From Bdellovibrionota bacterium (GTDB taxonomy: Bacteria > Bdellovibrionota_C > UBA2361 > JAAYZI01), in NCBI GenBank assembly GCA_050950765.1, contig JBMNIF010000002.1, positions 64,001 through 128,000 of the forward strand: 64,000 bases of DNA. Direction: 5' to 3'. A program made the translations under genes and the position numbers. Each line of letters begins with the position of its first letter. The first letter of the stretch is position 1. Of this stretch, positions 11,605 to 21,571 are shown one piece after another. The notes under the pieces are model-generated. The model was not told where the DNA came from, made no database searches, and saw nothing but the letters and a program-made list of their open reading frames with translations.

Positions 11605-13053
11605 TTAACCTTGCTTTTTTAAGCTCTCTGCAATTTTTAAAATTTGCTGCGTAGCTTTTTTGACATCATTCAACGTGCCGTTTCCGCCGACACAACCACC
11701 TTCACAACACATCACTTCCACCAAATTACCTTCAGGGCAAACTTTATCTTTGGCAAATTTTCTTAACTTTCTAATTGAGTCTTTATTTAATCCGTCAATT
11801 AAGCACGGCTCAAGTTTAACTTCAGGTTTTAAAGCATTTTTTACGGCTGTAGCAACTCCGTTAGTTATACCGAAATTTTTACCATCAACGGAACTAAAAT
11901 CAGGGAAAGCAGATTCTTCACATTCTAGAATTTCAATATGTTCTGCAACAAACCACGCACCTAATTCTTTATAGTTAATAACATAATCAACATTAGGATT
12001 ATCTCTTCCCTCAACACGCTTAGCAGCACACGGACTAACAAAAACTGTTACGCTTTGCGGATGAAGCCGTTTAACTATCTCTGCCGTATAATAGAGTGGT
12101 GTTTGAGTATCAGAAACAAACTCCAACAGATCTGGGATATGTTTATTTAAAAGTTGTCTATACCCTGCACAACACGAAGTCGTCATAAAAGGTTGCCCCT
12201 GATCCATTCTTTCCGCAAACTCAGCAGCTTCATTAGAGATCGTAACATCAGCACCTTGCGCCACTTCATAAACATCTGAAAATCCCAATTTCAGAGCAGC
12301 ACTACGCAGTTGCCCCATTGTTCCCGGCATCTGCCCTGCAATAGAGGGTGCCAACATGGCGATAACTTCTTTGCCTTGCTTAATATCCCTCAATATATCG
12401 ACGATCTGACTTTTTTCATGCACCGCACCAAACGGACAAGCCGCAATACACTTCCCGCAATTTAAACACATTTCAAAATCTATCTTAGCCAAGCCACCTT
12501 CATCTTTAGAAATGGCACCAACTGGACAAGCATCCTCACACGGCACCGTAATTTTAACGATGGCATTATACGGGCAAGCTGCAATACACATCTTACAGTT
12601 TTTACACTTTTCACGATCAATAAAGGCTTTGCCATTCTGCATATAAATTGCATCAAACTTGCAGATACTTTGACACGGTCGCGCCACACACCCTTGACAC
12701 AGATCAGTCACAAAAACTCTATTAGGAGTACAGCCTTTACACGCCGTATCTAAAACCGTCAAAATATTTCTCTCAGGAGCCTCACGCTTCAACGCTTTTT
12801 TAGCCAAGTCACGCAAAGAGGTACTTTCCTCAACCTCATCAATAGCGAAACCTAAACTTGCAACCACCCGATCTCTGAGAATAGCGCGCTCTTTATATGT
12901 GCAGCACCTGTAAGTGACCTCAGATCCCTTTGGACGCATCTCATAAGGGATGATTCTAACATTTTCTGCAAAATCACCAGAATCAAAAGCCTTAATCAAT
13001 CTGACCAAAACTTCTTTTTTTAAACGTATCGCCTGATCATTATTATTGTTCAT
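11605..13053 (-). CDS. Monomeric [FeFe]-hydrogenase with ferredoxin domains (group B / HfsD-like)
   Basis: H-cluster motifs TSCCA, SPCAAKRVE and EVMCCEGGCVGG; several CxxCxxCxxxC 4Fe-4S motifs. Confidence 0.9.
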   Translation of the reverse strand: MNNNNDQAIRLKKEVLVRLIKAFDSGDFAENVRIIPYEMRPKGSEVTYRCCTYKERAILRDRVVASLGFAIDEVEESTSLRDLAKKALKREAPERNILTVLDTACKGCTPNRVFVTDLCQGCVARPCQSICKFDAIYMQNGKAFIDREKCKNCKMCIAACPYNAIVKITVPCEDACPVGAISKDEGGLAKIDFEMCLNCGKCIAACPFGAVHEKSQIVDILRDIKQGKEVIAMLAPSIAGQMPGTMGQLRSAALKLGFSDVYEVAQGADVTISNEAAEFAERMDQGQPFMTTSCCAGYRQLLNKHIPDLLEFVSDTQTPLYYTAEIVKRLHPQSVTVFVSPCAAKRVEGRDNPNVDYVINYKELGAWFVAEHIEILECEESAFPDFSSVDGKNFGITNGVATAVKNALKPEVKLEPCLIDGLNKDSIRKLRKFAKDKVCPEGNLVEVMCCEGGCVGGNGTLNDVKKATQQILKIAESLKKQG

Positions 13054-13306
13054 CTTCTAACTTCTTATCAATCGCAACCAAAACCTTTTCAATAGTGGCT
13101 TCAGAAATAACTTCATCATCAATCCTAACATACGGGGCTTTAGAATACTCCCAATTGACAGCACATAAGCTGAGACATGGACTCCTCACAACCTCAACCT
13201 TATCGCCATATCTGCTCGGAATAATCTCCATCAACTCTTGCAGATTAGAAGAGCCCATCACAAAACAGGTCGTTCCAAGGCAAACTTTGACTGTTATCTT
13301 TTCCAT
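13043..13306 (-). CDS. Thioredoxin-like [2Fe-2S] ferredoxin (NuoE-like)
   Basis: VCLGTTCFVMG...CLSLC...APYV pattern. Confidence 0.85.
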   Translation of the reverse strand: MEKITVKVCLGTTCFVMGSSNLQELMEIIPSRYGDKVEVVRSPCLSLCAVNWEYSKAPYVRIDDEVISEATIEKVLVAIDKKLEDEQ

Positions 13307-13314
13307 ATTACACC

Positions 13315-14478
13315 TCACATATATTGAATCAAAACCTTTTTAAGGTACTTTTCCTCAAGCAACTTAGCTATCTTTTTTACCACCGTTTTACGCACCTCAA
13401 TCTCCACAGGGAAACGAGGATCGTAATGAGCCTGATTTATTTTGGCACCAACCATAAAATTCACGCAGTCATTATTCAAAAAGAATCTTACTAAGTGCCC
13501 AGCAGCATCGTCTGCTGTTGTCTCATTCTTTTCGAGGTATTCCACCGCCTTAGAAAGGGTCAAGATCCCCTCCGTTACTAGATCAATTCCTTGCATATAT
13601 GAGAGAGCAGGTAAAGACCCGTTATTTAGTGAGAACTTATTTTCTATCGGAATACCCAACTCTCTGGAGATTAAATTAGCAGTCGTCCCACCACATATAG
13701 CCTTATCGCCTTTAAAATTTTTAAATATATTGGCATAAAATCCGTCCTTATCTGCATAGTACGGAGGCCCTGTAAAAACAAGGGCTTCTCGAGGATCTCT
13801 GCAATAAACAGAGACTGCCGAAATATCATCATGTGCCTGTTGTTCTACTTCAATTTGTAAGGCATACCTCACAACTTGCTGTGCCAACTCTCGACTTGAT
13901 ATTAAAGGATCGTGCGCAATCTCCTTTAAAACAAGATCAATTAAACCACTTCTTCTTAAACCTAGTTTAAATTGTGGATTCCCCAACCCCGCTTGCGTCA
14001 CACCGTCAGAACAAAAGAGCAAGCGATCAAACTTTTCCAAAGAGATCTTATAAATACGCATATGTCGATTAGGAAAAGCTTTTGATGTAATTACCGTAGA
14101 ATCCGGCTGTAAAACGTAGCCTTCTCTGATCCAAACAAATTGAGGATTCCCCTCTTCAACAATAGTAACTTCACCATCATCACTACAATCAAAAACTGAA
14201 AAGGTAGAATAACTGATCTTCCGCACCTTACAAACAGGCAAGGCGTTCATAATAATTTCACACGATTTACCGATATCAGAGTCAGCCTTAACAAATTTCA
14301 GCAACATTGTCGCCGTCATTGTAGCTAAAATATTCGCTTTTACTCCACTGCCAAGCCCATCAGAAAGAACAGCAATTAACCTGCCGAAATCTTGATACCG
14401 TCTAGAAATAAAGAAATCGCCATAAGTATGCTGCTTATGTTTTTTTTCTTGGCTACAATCAATGTCTATAAACATCAA
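13315..14478 (-). CDS. SpoIIE/PP2C-like Ser/Thr phosphatase (HfsC-like)
   Basis: LSDGLGSGVKANI, SDGVTQAG, DDIS and ICGGTTA motifs; position in a hydS operon. Confidence 0.88.
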   Translation of the reverse strand: MMFIDIDCSQEKKHKQHTYGDFFISRRYQDFGRLIAVLSDGLGSGVKANILATMTATMLLKFVKADSDIGKSCEIIMNALPVCKVRKISYSTFSVFDCSDDGEVTIVEEGNPQFVWIREGYVLQPDSTVITSKAFPNRHMRIYKISLEKFDRLLFCSDGVTQAGLGNPQFKLGLRRSGLIDLVLKEIAHDPLISSRELAQQVVRYALQIEVEQQAHDDISAVSVYCRDPREALVFTGPPYYADKDGFYANIFKNFKGDKAICGGTTANLISRELGIPIENKFSLNNGSLPALSYMQGIDLVTEGILTLSKAVEYLEKNETTADDAAGHLVRFFLNNDCVNFMVGAKINQAHYDPRFPVEIEVRKTVVKKIAKLLEEKYLKKVLIQYM

Positions 14479-16196
14479 TCAATATCCTCATCTTTATCGA
14501 GATTAAAGTTTTCTGCAATGGAGGCGAGCAGCAGCTCTGTGTCAACCATATGTTCCCCCAAGAGGCAGGCGATCTCTTGCACCACAGAAATGTTTTTCGA
14601 AATTACAGCTCGAGCTTTTCTCGCAATCTTTTCTCTATCGCTCTCCGATTGAGTCACATCAGAGATAACGGCTCCAACAATAGTATGCGGCTCTATCGTA
14701 AAAGCTGTAATGTCATAAAGACGACCATTAAGGGGATAATGCTCTTTATGTAGATCCTTTCCTGATTTTAAAGCACTTTTCATAATAGGAGAGAGTTTAA
14801 CAACCTTATCAAGCTCAGCATTCGCCAAACCCTCTGGCAAAGCGGCATAAAGATCATAAGAATCTCCGCAAAACATACGCATAAAAGCATCATTAGCTTC
14901 AGTAATATTTAATTTATCATCAACCATCACAATAGCAGCTGGCATAGAGCGTAACATCGCTGCCGCTTTTCTCGTGGCAATTTTTCTCATATAGGAAACG
15001 CACATCGAAGATTCTGCCTCTCCTGCTAACATAGCACACGCCAAATCTCTACAAGTTTGGTAACCACAACCACCACAATTTAATTCATCATCTTCATTGT
15101 ATTTTCCGATCTTCTGCATGGCAGCAACGATCTCATTTAAGGTGAAATTAGCCTCCTTTATCGGTTGCGCCTGATATTCTTCAGCAAGTACGAGAGCGGG
15201 CTCTTGCGGAATTTTTTCTCTTTCTTTAACTCGCGATAAAATATTTGAATTGATAGTAATCGTTGCTTTTGAAGTTGAGATAGACGGACCATTTATGCAG
15301 CCGCCATCGCACGCCAACGCTTCAACAAAGATCTTTTTATCGATACTACTTTCTGTTAAACCGTGTAATGATTTCTGAAAAGATTGCAAAGAACTGACGG
15401 TCATAAGTTGGACATCTTGTGGAATTCCGATTTTTTTTATCGTTTCATTCATGCCACCTTCAATGGGATACAACCCTCCCTCATGAGCATGATCTGGCAC
15501 AAAGATATCTTGATCTGTAATTTCAAGATCATCAGAATCTGCCTGCGATTCTTTAATCCAGAACTTTAAGCCTTCAAAAGTTAACGCCGCAGCGAGCAGA
15601 TCGGGATGACGCGCAGCTTCATTTTTTTTGCCGATACACGGCCCAATAAAAACTACAATACAATCCTGCCCAAAATACTCTTTTAACATCTTAGCATGAG
15701 TTAAAGCTGGAGAAGCGATGGGAGTAATATTTTTTACATATTCCGCATCATAACACCGTACATAGTCAACTATTACAGGGCAGGCGCTGGAGATATACAA
15801 ACCGTTAGGGGCATCTTTTAACATTTTAGCAGTTTGAATCGAAACCTGCTGTGCTCCCAAAGCCGTTTCGCTAACATAGTGAAAGCCTAACCTTTTAAGA
15901 ATGGCTATCATTTTAGAAGGTGAATAATCAAAGACGCCCGCCCAACTTGGTGCTAAAGAAGCTATAACTTTTTTACCTGTGGCAAAGATCTCTGGCATTC
16001 TATCGTTATCACGACGTACTCTTTTAGCATTACTCGGACAAATTCTAACGCAATGCCCGCAAGCTATGCACTTATCGTTGATAACAGAGGCGTGGTTATC
16101 TTTGATCTTGATGGCCTTAACAAGACACTCCCTTACACATCTGTAACAGTCATGACATTCGTTCTGCAATGTATATACAGGACATAGATCATCCAT
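14475..16196 (-). CDS. Sensory [FeFe]-hydrogenase HydS (group C, HfsB-like) with C-terminal FeS and PAS domains
   Basis: N-terminal 2x[4Fe-4S]; ISSACP, GPCIGKKNE and LACDGGCING motifs; LNCGGCGYQTC FeS domain; PAS-like C-terminus. Confidence 0.9.
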   Translation of the reverse strand: MDDLCPVYTLQNECHDCYRCVRECLVKAIKIKDNHASVINDKCIACGHCVRICPSNAKRVRRDNDRMPEIFATGKKVIASLAPSWAGVFDYSPSKMIAILKRLGFHYVSETALGAQQVSIQTAKMLKDAPNGLYISSACPVIVDYVRCYDAEYVKNITPIASPALTHAKMLKEYFGQDCIVVFIGPCIGKKNEAARHPDLLAAALTFEGLKFWIKESQADSDDLEITDQDIFVPDHAHEGGLYPIEGGMNETIKKIGIPQDVQLMTVSSLQSFQKSLHGLTESSIDKKIFVEALACDGGCINGPSISTSKATITINSNILSRVKEREKIPQEPALVLAEEYQAQPIKEANFTLNEIVAAMQKIGKYNEDDELNCGGCGYQTCRDLACAMLAGEAESSMCVSYMRKIATRKAAAMLRSMPAAIVMVDDKLNITEANDAFMRMFCGDSYDLYAALPEGLANAELDKVVKLSPIMKSALKSGKDLHKEHYPLNGRLYDITAFTIEPHTIVGAVISDVTQSESDREKIARKARAVISKNISVVQEIACLLGEHMVDTELLLASIAENFNLDKDEDID

Positions 16197-16440
16197 CCTT
16201 TAACCCTTTTAAAATTTCTTGCAACTTCTCTTGAGTTACTTGCGTATAAGAAACACCGTTCACCTTTAAATTAGGACCATCCTGACACTTCCCCTCACAA
16301 CCGAGACCCACAAGATCTATTTTAGCATCTAAGCCATTGTCACTGATATATCGTTCTATAAGTTCTAAATTTCTATCATTCCCCCTCGCAAAACAGGCAC
16401 TGCCCATACATATTTTTACTTCAACCTTCATTCTTTCCAT
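16189..16440 (-). CDS. Thioredoxin-like [2Fe-2S] ferredoxin (HfsA-like)
   Basis: ICMGSACFARGN...CEGKCQDGPN. Confidence 0.87.
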   Translation of the reverse strand: MERMKVEVKICMGSACFARGNDRNLELIERYISDNGLDAKIDLVGLGCEGKCQDGPNLKVNGVSYTQVTQEKLQEILKGLKDG

Positions 16441-17068
16441 CCTTGTAATGCACGGTAAAGCGCAAAAAATTACCGATTAAATTTTCGTTCCAGACCTGTA
16501 CGGTATCCGGCACCGTTAATACCGTCGGAGAAAAATTCCAGATCAATTTTATCCCTGCCGACACTAAAATTTCAGCCACCTCCTGAGCAACTTGTCGAGG
16601 AACTGTTAGAATTGCTATTTCAACATTTAATCTCTGCACCAGATTTTGCAGTTTGCTGATATGAAAGATCTCTTTACCGTTTACTGTTGCTCCGATTCGC
16701 AACGGATCATTATCAAATAACGCCAAAATATTTAGTCCATAGTCCGTAAAGTTATCGTACTTCGCCAGAGCAAACCCTAGATTACCGGCGCCAACAATAA
16801 AAGCATCCTTAGGCTCCTCAAAGCCTAATGTTTTTTCGATAGAAGCTCTTAGTTCCGCCATATCATACCCAACTTTACACCGCCCAGAGTTGTTGAGTAA
16901 TCTTAAGTCTTTTCTAACTTGTGAATCGTCTATCTTTAACAGTTCAGCAATACGAGGGCTAGAGATGGTGACCTCCCCCTTTTCCAAACGGTCTATCAGT
17001 ATACAGTGATAGAGCGTTAAACGTTCGATCACCTTTTGAGATAGTTGCTTTGACATTTTTTTGCTCAA
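16421..17068 (-). CDS. rex: Redox-sensing transcriptional repressor Rex
   Basis: RLTLY, winged helix SQVRKDL, GY motif, Rossmann VGAGNLG, IWNFSP. Confidence 0.95.
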   Translation of the reverse strand: MSKKMSKQLSQKVIERLTLYHCILIDRLEKGEVTISSPRIAELLKIDDSQVRKDLRLLNNSGRCKVGYDMAELRASIEKTLGFEEPKDAFIVGAGNLGFALAKYDNFTDYGLNILALFDNDPLRIGATVNGKEIFHISKLQNLVQRLNVEIAILTVPRQVAQEVAEILVSAGIKLIWNFSPTVLTVPDTVQVWNENLIGNFLRFTVHYKDGKNEG

Positions 17069-19695
17069 ACTCCTTCAAAAGCCTGTACAAAAATTTCTCT
17101 TATCTCACTCATTAGTGGATAAGCAGGATTAGCACCCGTACACTGATCATCAAAGGCCAACTCTACGAGGGTATCCAGTTTTTCGTAGAAGTCAGATTCT
17201 GACACACCAGCAGCACGTATTGATAGTGGAATATTAAGTTCCTTTTTTAATTCTGTTATAGCACAAATCAAAGACTCAACTTTTTCTTGATCGGTCTCCC
17301 CCGCCAGTCCCAACTCATCTGCTATCTGTGCATAACGCGCTCTTCCGTTTGGAAAACGATACTGCGGAAAGGTAGCTTGTTTTGTTGGGCAATCATTGGA
17401 ATTAAAGCGGATAACCTGATTAATAATCAACGCATTAGCGATTCCGTGCGGCAAATTAAAAGCTGCTCCAAGCTTGTGCGCCATAGAGTGACACAATCCA
17501 AGAAAGGCATTAGCAAAGGCCATCCCAGCTAAGGTTGAAGCATAGTGCATTTTTTCTCTAGCAATCGGATCGTTTTTCCCATTTTTATAAGAACGGGGTA
17601 AATAACGGAAGATTAACTTTATCGCTTCCAAAGCAGGAGAATTGGTAAAATTAGTCGCCAACACTGAAGCATAAGCTTCTAAAGAATGTGTTAAAGAATC
17701 AATTCCTGAAGCAGCACACAGCCCCTGCGGCATGGAATCAACAAAATTAGGATCGATAATCGCCATATTTGGTGTTAAGGCATAATCTGCGATCGGATAT
17801 TTGATATGTGTCTCATCATCAGTAATAACGGCAAACGGCGTTACTTCTGAACCTGTACCGGAAGTAGTCGGGATAGCTACCATTAGAGCTTTTTTACCAA
17901 GTTCTGGCACCTGACAGATACGCTTCCTGATATCCATAAAACGCATAGCGATATTATCAAAAGAGATCTCAGGTTGTTCATACATCAACCATAATATTTT
18001 AGCTGCATCTATCGGAGATCCGCCACCTAAAGCGATAATAACATCGGGCTCATAAGTTTTTAGCATAACCAGAGCTTCATTTATCGTCGAAGTGGAAGGA
18101 TCAGGTTTGACATCAAAATAGATCTGATAATCGATCCCAACTTCTGCTAAAACACTCGTAACTCGATCTACCATATTTGAATTAAACAGATACCGATCTG
18201 TCACAATAAAGGCGCGTTTTCTACCTACTAACTCCCTTAAGGCCAGATCGGTAGCACCACGCTTAAAATAAATTTTCGGTGGAACCTTAAACCACAACAT
18301 ATTCTCCCTCCTCTCTGCCACAGTCTTATAATTTAAAAGATGCTTTACTCCGACATTTTCACTTACAGAATTACCACCCCAAGATCCGCAGCCTAAAGTT
18401 AAGGATGGTTCAAGTCTGAAATTATAAAGATCACCGATTCCACCTTGAGAAGATGGTGTGTTAATTAAGATCCTCCCCGTATTTAGCTTAGCAGCAAAGG
18501 CAGCTATGCGATCTTTTTTTCTATCATCCGTATACAATACTGAAGTATGTCCAGCTCCGCCCAACTGCACCAAGTGATAAGCTTTTTCAAGCGCCTCTTT
18601 AAAATCTTCCGCTTGATACAATGCGATAACAGGCGATAATTTTTCATAAGAGAACTCCTCCTCTAACGATATCTCCGTCACCTCGCCGACTAGAATCTTA
18701 GTCCATTGCGGCACACTTATCCCAGCAAGTTGTGCAATCTTACAAGCAGGTTGTCCAACAATTGCTGCATTAACCTGTCCATTAATAATTACCGTTTTAG
18801 CGACTGCTGCTTTCTCTTCCTCATTAAGGATATATGCTCCGCGCCGCTGCAACTCTGCCACGACCGCCGCATAAACCTCTTTTAAGACGATGATTGATTG
18901 TTCAGAAGCGCAAATCATGCCGTTATCAAAGGTTTTTGACATAATAATTGATGAAACAGCCATCTGAATATCTGCCGTTTCATCTATCACGGCGGGAGTG
19001 TTTCCTGCACCAACTCCAAGTGCAGGCTTGCCTGAAGAATAGGCAGCCTTCACCATGCCAGGACCACCCGTTGCCAAGATTGTTGCGATATCTTTATGTG
19101 ACAAAAGATGATTAGTTAATTCCAAGGACGGCGTATCGATCCAACCGATAATATCAGCTGGTGCACCTGCTTTAACTGCCGCATCTAAAACGATCTTAGC
19201 AGCAGCGATCGTTGATTTTTTTGCACGTGGATGCGGAGAAAAAATTATCGCATTCCTCGTTTTAAGTGAGATTAAAGACTTAAAGATAGCGGTTGATGAC
19301 GGATTTGTCGTCGGTACAATACCGGCGATAATTCCTAACGGTTCCGCCACAATCTTTATCCCGTTAGCTTCATCTTCCTGAATCACACCGCAAGTTTTTG
19401 CATTTTTATGCTTATTGTATACGTACTCAGAGGCAAAATGATTTTTTATCACCTTGTCCTCCAATACCCCCATCCCCGTCTCTTCGACAGCCATCCGCGC
19501 CAATTCAATACGGGCAACATTAGCTGCAATAGCACCTGCCTTAAAAATCCTATCAACTTGATCTTGTGAATATTTAGCGTAGATTTCTTGTGATTTTTTT
19601 ACCCTATTGATTAGATTATCTAACTTTTCAATATTATCGACTAACATACTTGATTCATTATCTATCTCTTTATTTTCTAGTGATTTTTGAGCCAT
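17065..19695 (-). CDS. adhE: Bifunctional acetaldehyde-CoA/alcohol dehydrogenase
   Basis: 876 aa; ATGGPGMV, FDNGMICASEQ, LGCGSWGGNS, GGGSPIDAAK, TTSGTGSE, CHSMAHKLG. Confidence 0.97.
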   Translation of the reverse strand: MAQKSLENKEIDNESSMLVDNIEKLDNLINRVKKSQEIYAKYSQDQVDRIFKAGAIAANVARIELARMAVEETGMGVLEDKVIKNHFASEYVYNKHKNAKTCGVIQEDEANGIKIVAEPLGIIAGIVPTTNPSSTAIFKSLISLKTRNAIIFSPHPRAKKSTIAAAKIVLDAAVKAGAPADIIGWIDTPSLELTNHLLSHKDIATILATGGPGMVKAAYSSGKPALGVGAGNTPAVIDETADIQMAVSSIIMSKTFDNGMICASEQSIIVLKEVYAAVVAELQRRGAYILNEEEKAAVAKTVIINGQVNAAIVGQPACKIAQLAGISVPQWTKILVGEVTEISLEEEFSYEKLSPVIALYQAEDFKEALEKAYHLVQLGGAGHTSVLYTDDRKKDRIAAFAAKLNTGRILINTPSSQGGIGDLYNFRLEPSLTLGCGSWGGNSVSENVGVKHLLNYKTVAERRENMLWFKVPPKIYFKRGATDLALRELVGRKRAFIVTDRYLFNSNMVDRVTSVLAEVGIDYQIYFDVKPDPSTSTINEALVMLKTYEPDVIIALGGGSPIDAAKILWLMYEQPEISFDNIAMRFMDIRKRICQVPELGKKALMVAIPTTSGTGSEVTPFAVITDDETHIKYPIADYALTPNMAIIDPNFVDSMPQGLCAASGIDSLTHSLEAYASVLATNFTNSPALEAIKLIFRYLPRSYKNGKNDPIAREKMHYASTLAGMAFANAFLGLCHSMAHKLGAAFNLPHGIANALIINQVIRFNSNDCPTKQATFPQYRFPNGRARYAQIADELGLAGETDQEKVESLICAITELKKELNIPLSIRAAGVSESDFYEKLDTLVELAFDDQCTGANPAYPLMSEIREIFVQAFEGV

Positions 19696-19720
19696 TTTCT
19701 CTTCCTAAAAGCATTTTTAA

Positions 19721-19771
19721 TCGTGATTTATTTCACTATTTAACAATAAACCACCTCCACCCCCTCGTCAA
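19721..19771 (-). promoter_or_regulatory. adhE operon promoter (TTGACG-N17-TATTGT) with Rex operator TAGTGAAATAAATCACGA at 19721-19738
   Basis: 11 of 14 defined positions match the Rex consensus TTGTGAAnnnnTTCACAA; the site overlaps the predicted +1. Confidence 0.75.
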
Positions 19772-19785
19772 GTCAATTTTGAATA

Positions 19786-20732
19786 AAATTTGGTGCCACC
19801 CTTCTTTTTTACCGCTTTGACGGCTTAAGCGACTGGATGAATTTGGTGCCACCCACCACTTTAAAGAGATCTGGCTAGGCTTGGATCTGGTGCCACCCTT
19901 CAGGGACGATCGAACGGGCTGTGACTACAAAACGAATCGGTTAGGTTTTCACGAAGGTTAAAAATTGGTGCCACCCTTCTTTTTTGCCGTTTTGACAGCT
20001 TAAGCGACTGGATGAATTTGGTGCCACCCTTCAGGGACGATCGAACGGGCTGCAACTAAAAACGGATCAGTTAGGTTTCTACGGAGGTTAAAAATTTGGT
20101 GCCACCCTTCAGGGACGACTGGACGGGCTGATACTACAAAACGAATCGGTTAGGTTTCTACGGAGGTCAAAAATTTGGTGCCACCCTTCAGTTAAAGGTG
20201 GGTGTCCTAATTGGAAAGCTTCAGGGACGATCGAACGGGCTGCAACTAAAAACTGATCAGCTAGATGTTTACGGGGGTCAAAATTTGGTGCCACCCTTCA
20301 GGGACGACTGGACGGGCTGATACTACAAAACGAATCGGTTAGGTTTCTACGAAGGTCAAAAATTTGGTGCCACCCACCAGTGCTAAAAGACTCTAAAATT
20401 ACGATAGATAATAATATCAAGATGTTAGCAAAAGCTTAGTATTCGGCGAATTTGGTGCCACCCTTCAGGGACGATCGAACGGGCTGTGACTACAAAACGA
20501 ATCGGTTAGGTTTTCACGAAGGTTAAAAATTTGGTGCCACCCTTCAGTAGGGCTTGGATCTGGTGCCACCCTTCAGTAAAAAGTGGGTGTCCTAATTGGT
20601 AGCTAATAATATCAGTATGTTAGTAAAAGTCCTGCATTCGGCAGTTTTGGTGCCACCCACTAGTTAAAGGTGGGTGTCCTAATTGGAAAGCTTCAGGGAC
20701 GATTGAGCGGGCTGCAACTCCTTTAGGGACGG
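19786..20732 (+). repeat. Modular repeat array 2: 13 copies of core TGGTGCCACCC
   Basis: Cores from 19791 to 20648, with the same module set as array 1. Confidence 0.95.
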
Positions 20733-20805
20733 TTTATTCTAAGTGGTATTAAAAACAGTAAAAAAATGGTAGTTATGCACCTAATTGAAGATAAGAGGTG
20801 TGTTT

Positions 20806-21549
20806 ATGGGAATAACTTATAAAGAAGCAAGGATCATCTCGAATGATCGGGTGATTGATAATATTTTTAAAATGACCTGTGAAGATAGCAACTCCGTTAT
20901 TCCAGGGCAGTTCTATATGCTCAAGGCTAAAGGAGAAACTTTTTTAGCACGTCCCATCAGTGTCTACGAAAAAAGTCCTAATTCCGTTACATTTTTATAT
21001 GCCGTAGTTGGTAAGGGCACAGCAGAGTTTTCTGCTCTTAAAGTGGGAGACACCATCAACTTAACTGGTCCCGTAGGTAACGGCTTCGACGTAAAAAGCT
21101 TATGTGGCAAGATCGCCTTAGTTGCGGGTGGAATCGGCATTGCTCCATTCCTTGAAGTTGCAAAGGCTTTACATCAGCACGATTTAGTTACAACTCTTGA
21201 TCTTTATGCTGGCTTTAGAGACACCCCTTATCTTATTTCTGATTTTAAGCCTTATGTTTCTGCAGCACACCTTGCTTCAGAGACGGGGAAGGAAGGATAT
21301 AAAGGGTTTATAACTGATATTTTAAACCCTGCTGACTATGACTGCATCCTTTGTTGTGGACCTACCATAATGATGCAAAAAGTTGTCGCATTATGTCTGG
21401 AAAAGCAGGTTAAAGTTTTCGTTTCAATGGAAAAAAAGATGGCGTGTGGAGTTGGCGCTTGCTTAGGCTGCACCTGTCGAACGCAAGACGGGATAAAAAG
21501 AACGTGTGTAGATGGCCCTGTTTTTGATGGCACCCTTATACAATTCTAA
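20806..21549 (+). CDS. pyrK: Dihydroorotate dehydrogenase B electron transfer subunit
   Basis: RPISV, GGIGIAP, CGP and MACGVGACLGC...CVDGPVF. Confidence 0.93.
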   Translation: MGITYKEARIISNDRVIDNIFKMTCEDSNSVIPGQFYMLKAKGETFLARPISVYEKSPNSVTFLYAVVGKGTAEFSALKVGDTINLTGPVGNGFDVKSLCGKIALVAGGIGIAPFLEVAKALHQHDLVTTLDLYAGFRDTPYLISDFKPYVSAAHLASETGKEGYKGFITDILNPADYDCILCCGPTIMMQKVVALCLEKQVKVFVSMEKKMACGVGACLGCTCRTQDGIKRTCVDGPVFDGTLIQF

Positions 21550-21571
21550 ATGAACGGAGAAAATAATAACC

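Noticed and set aside
19900..20540. Integron attC sites (module B contains GTTAGGT, matching GTTRRRY)
   Set aside because: No matching RYYYAAC inverse core or long imperfect palindrome, no ORF cassettes between units, and no integrase in the window.
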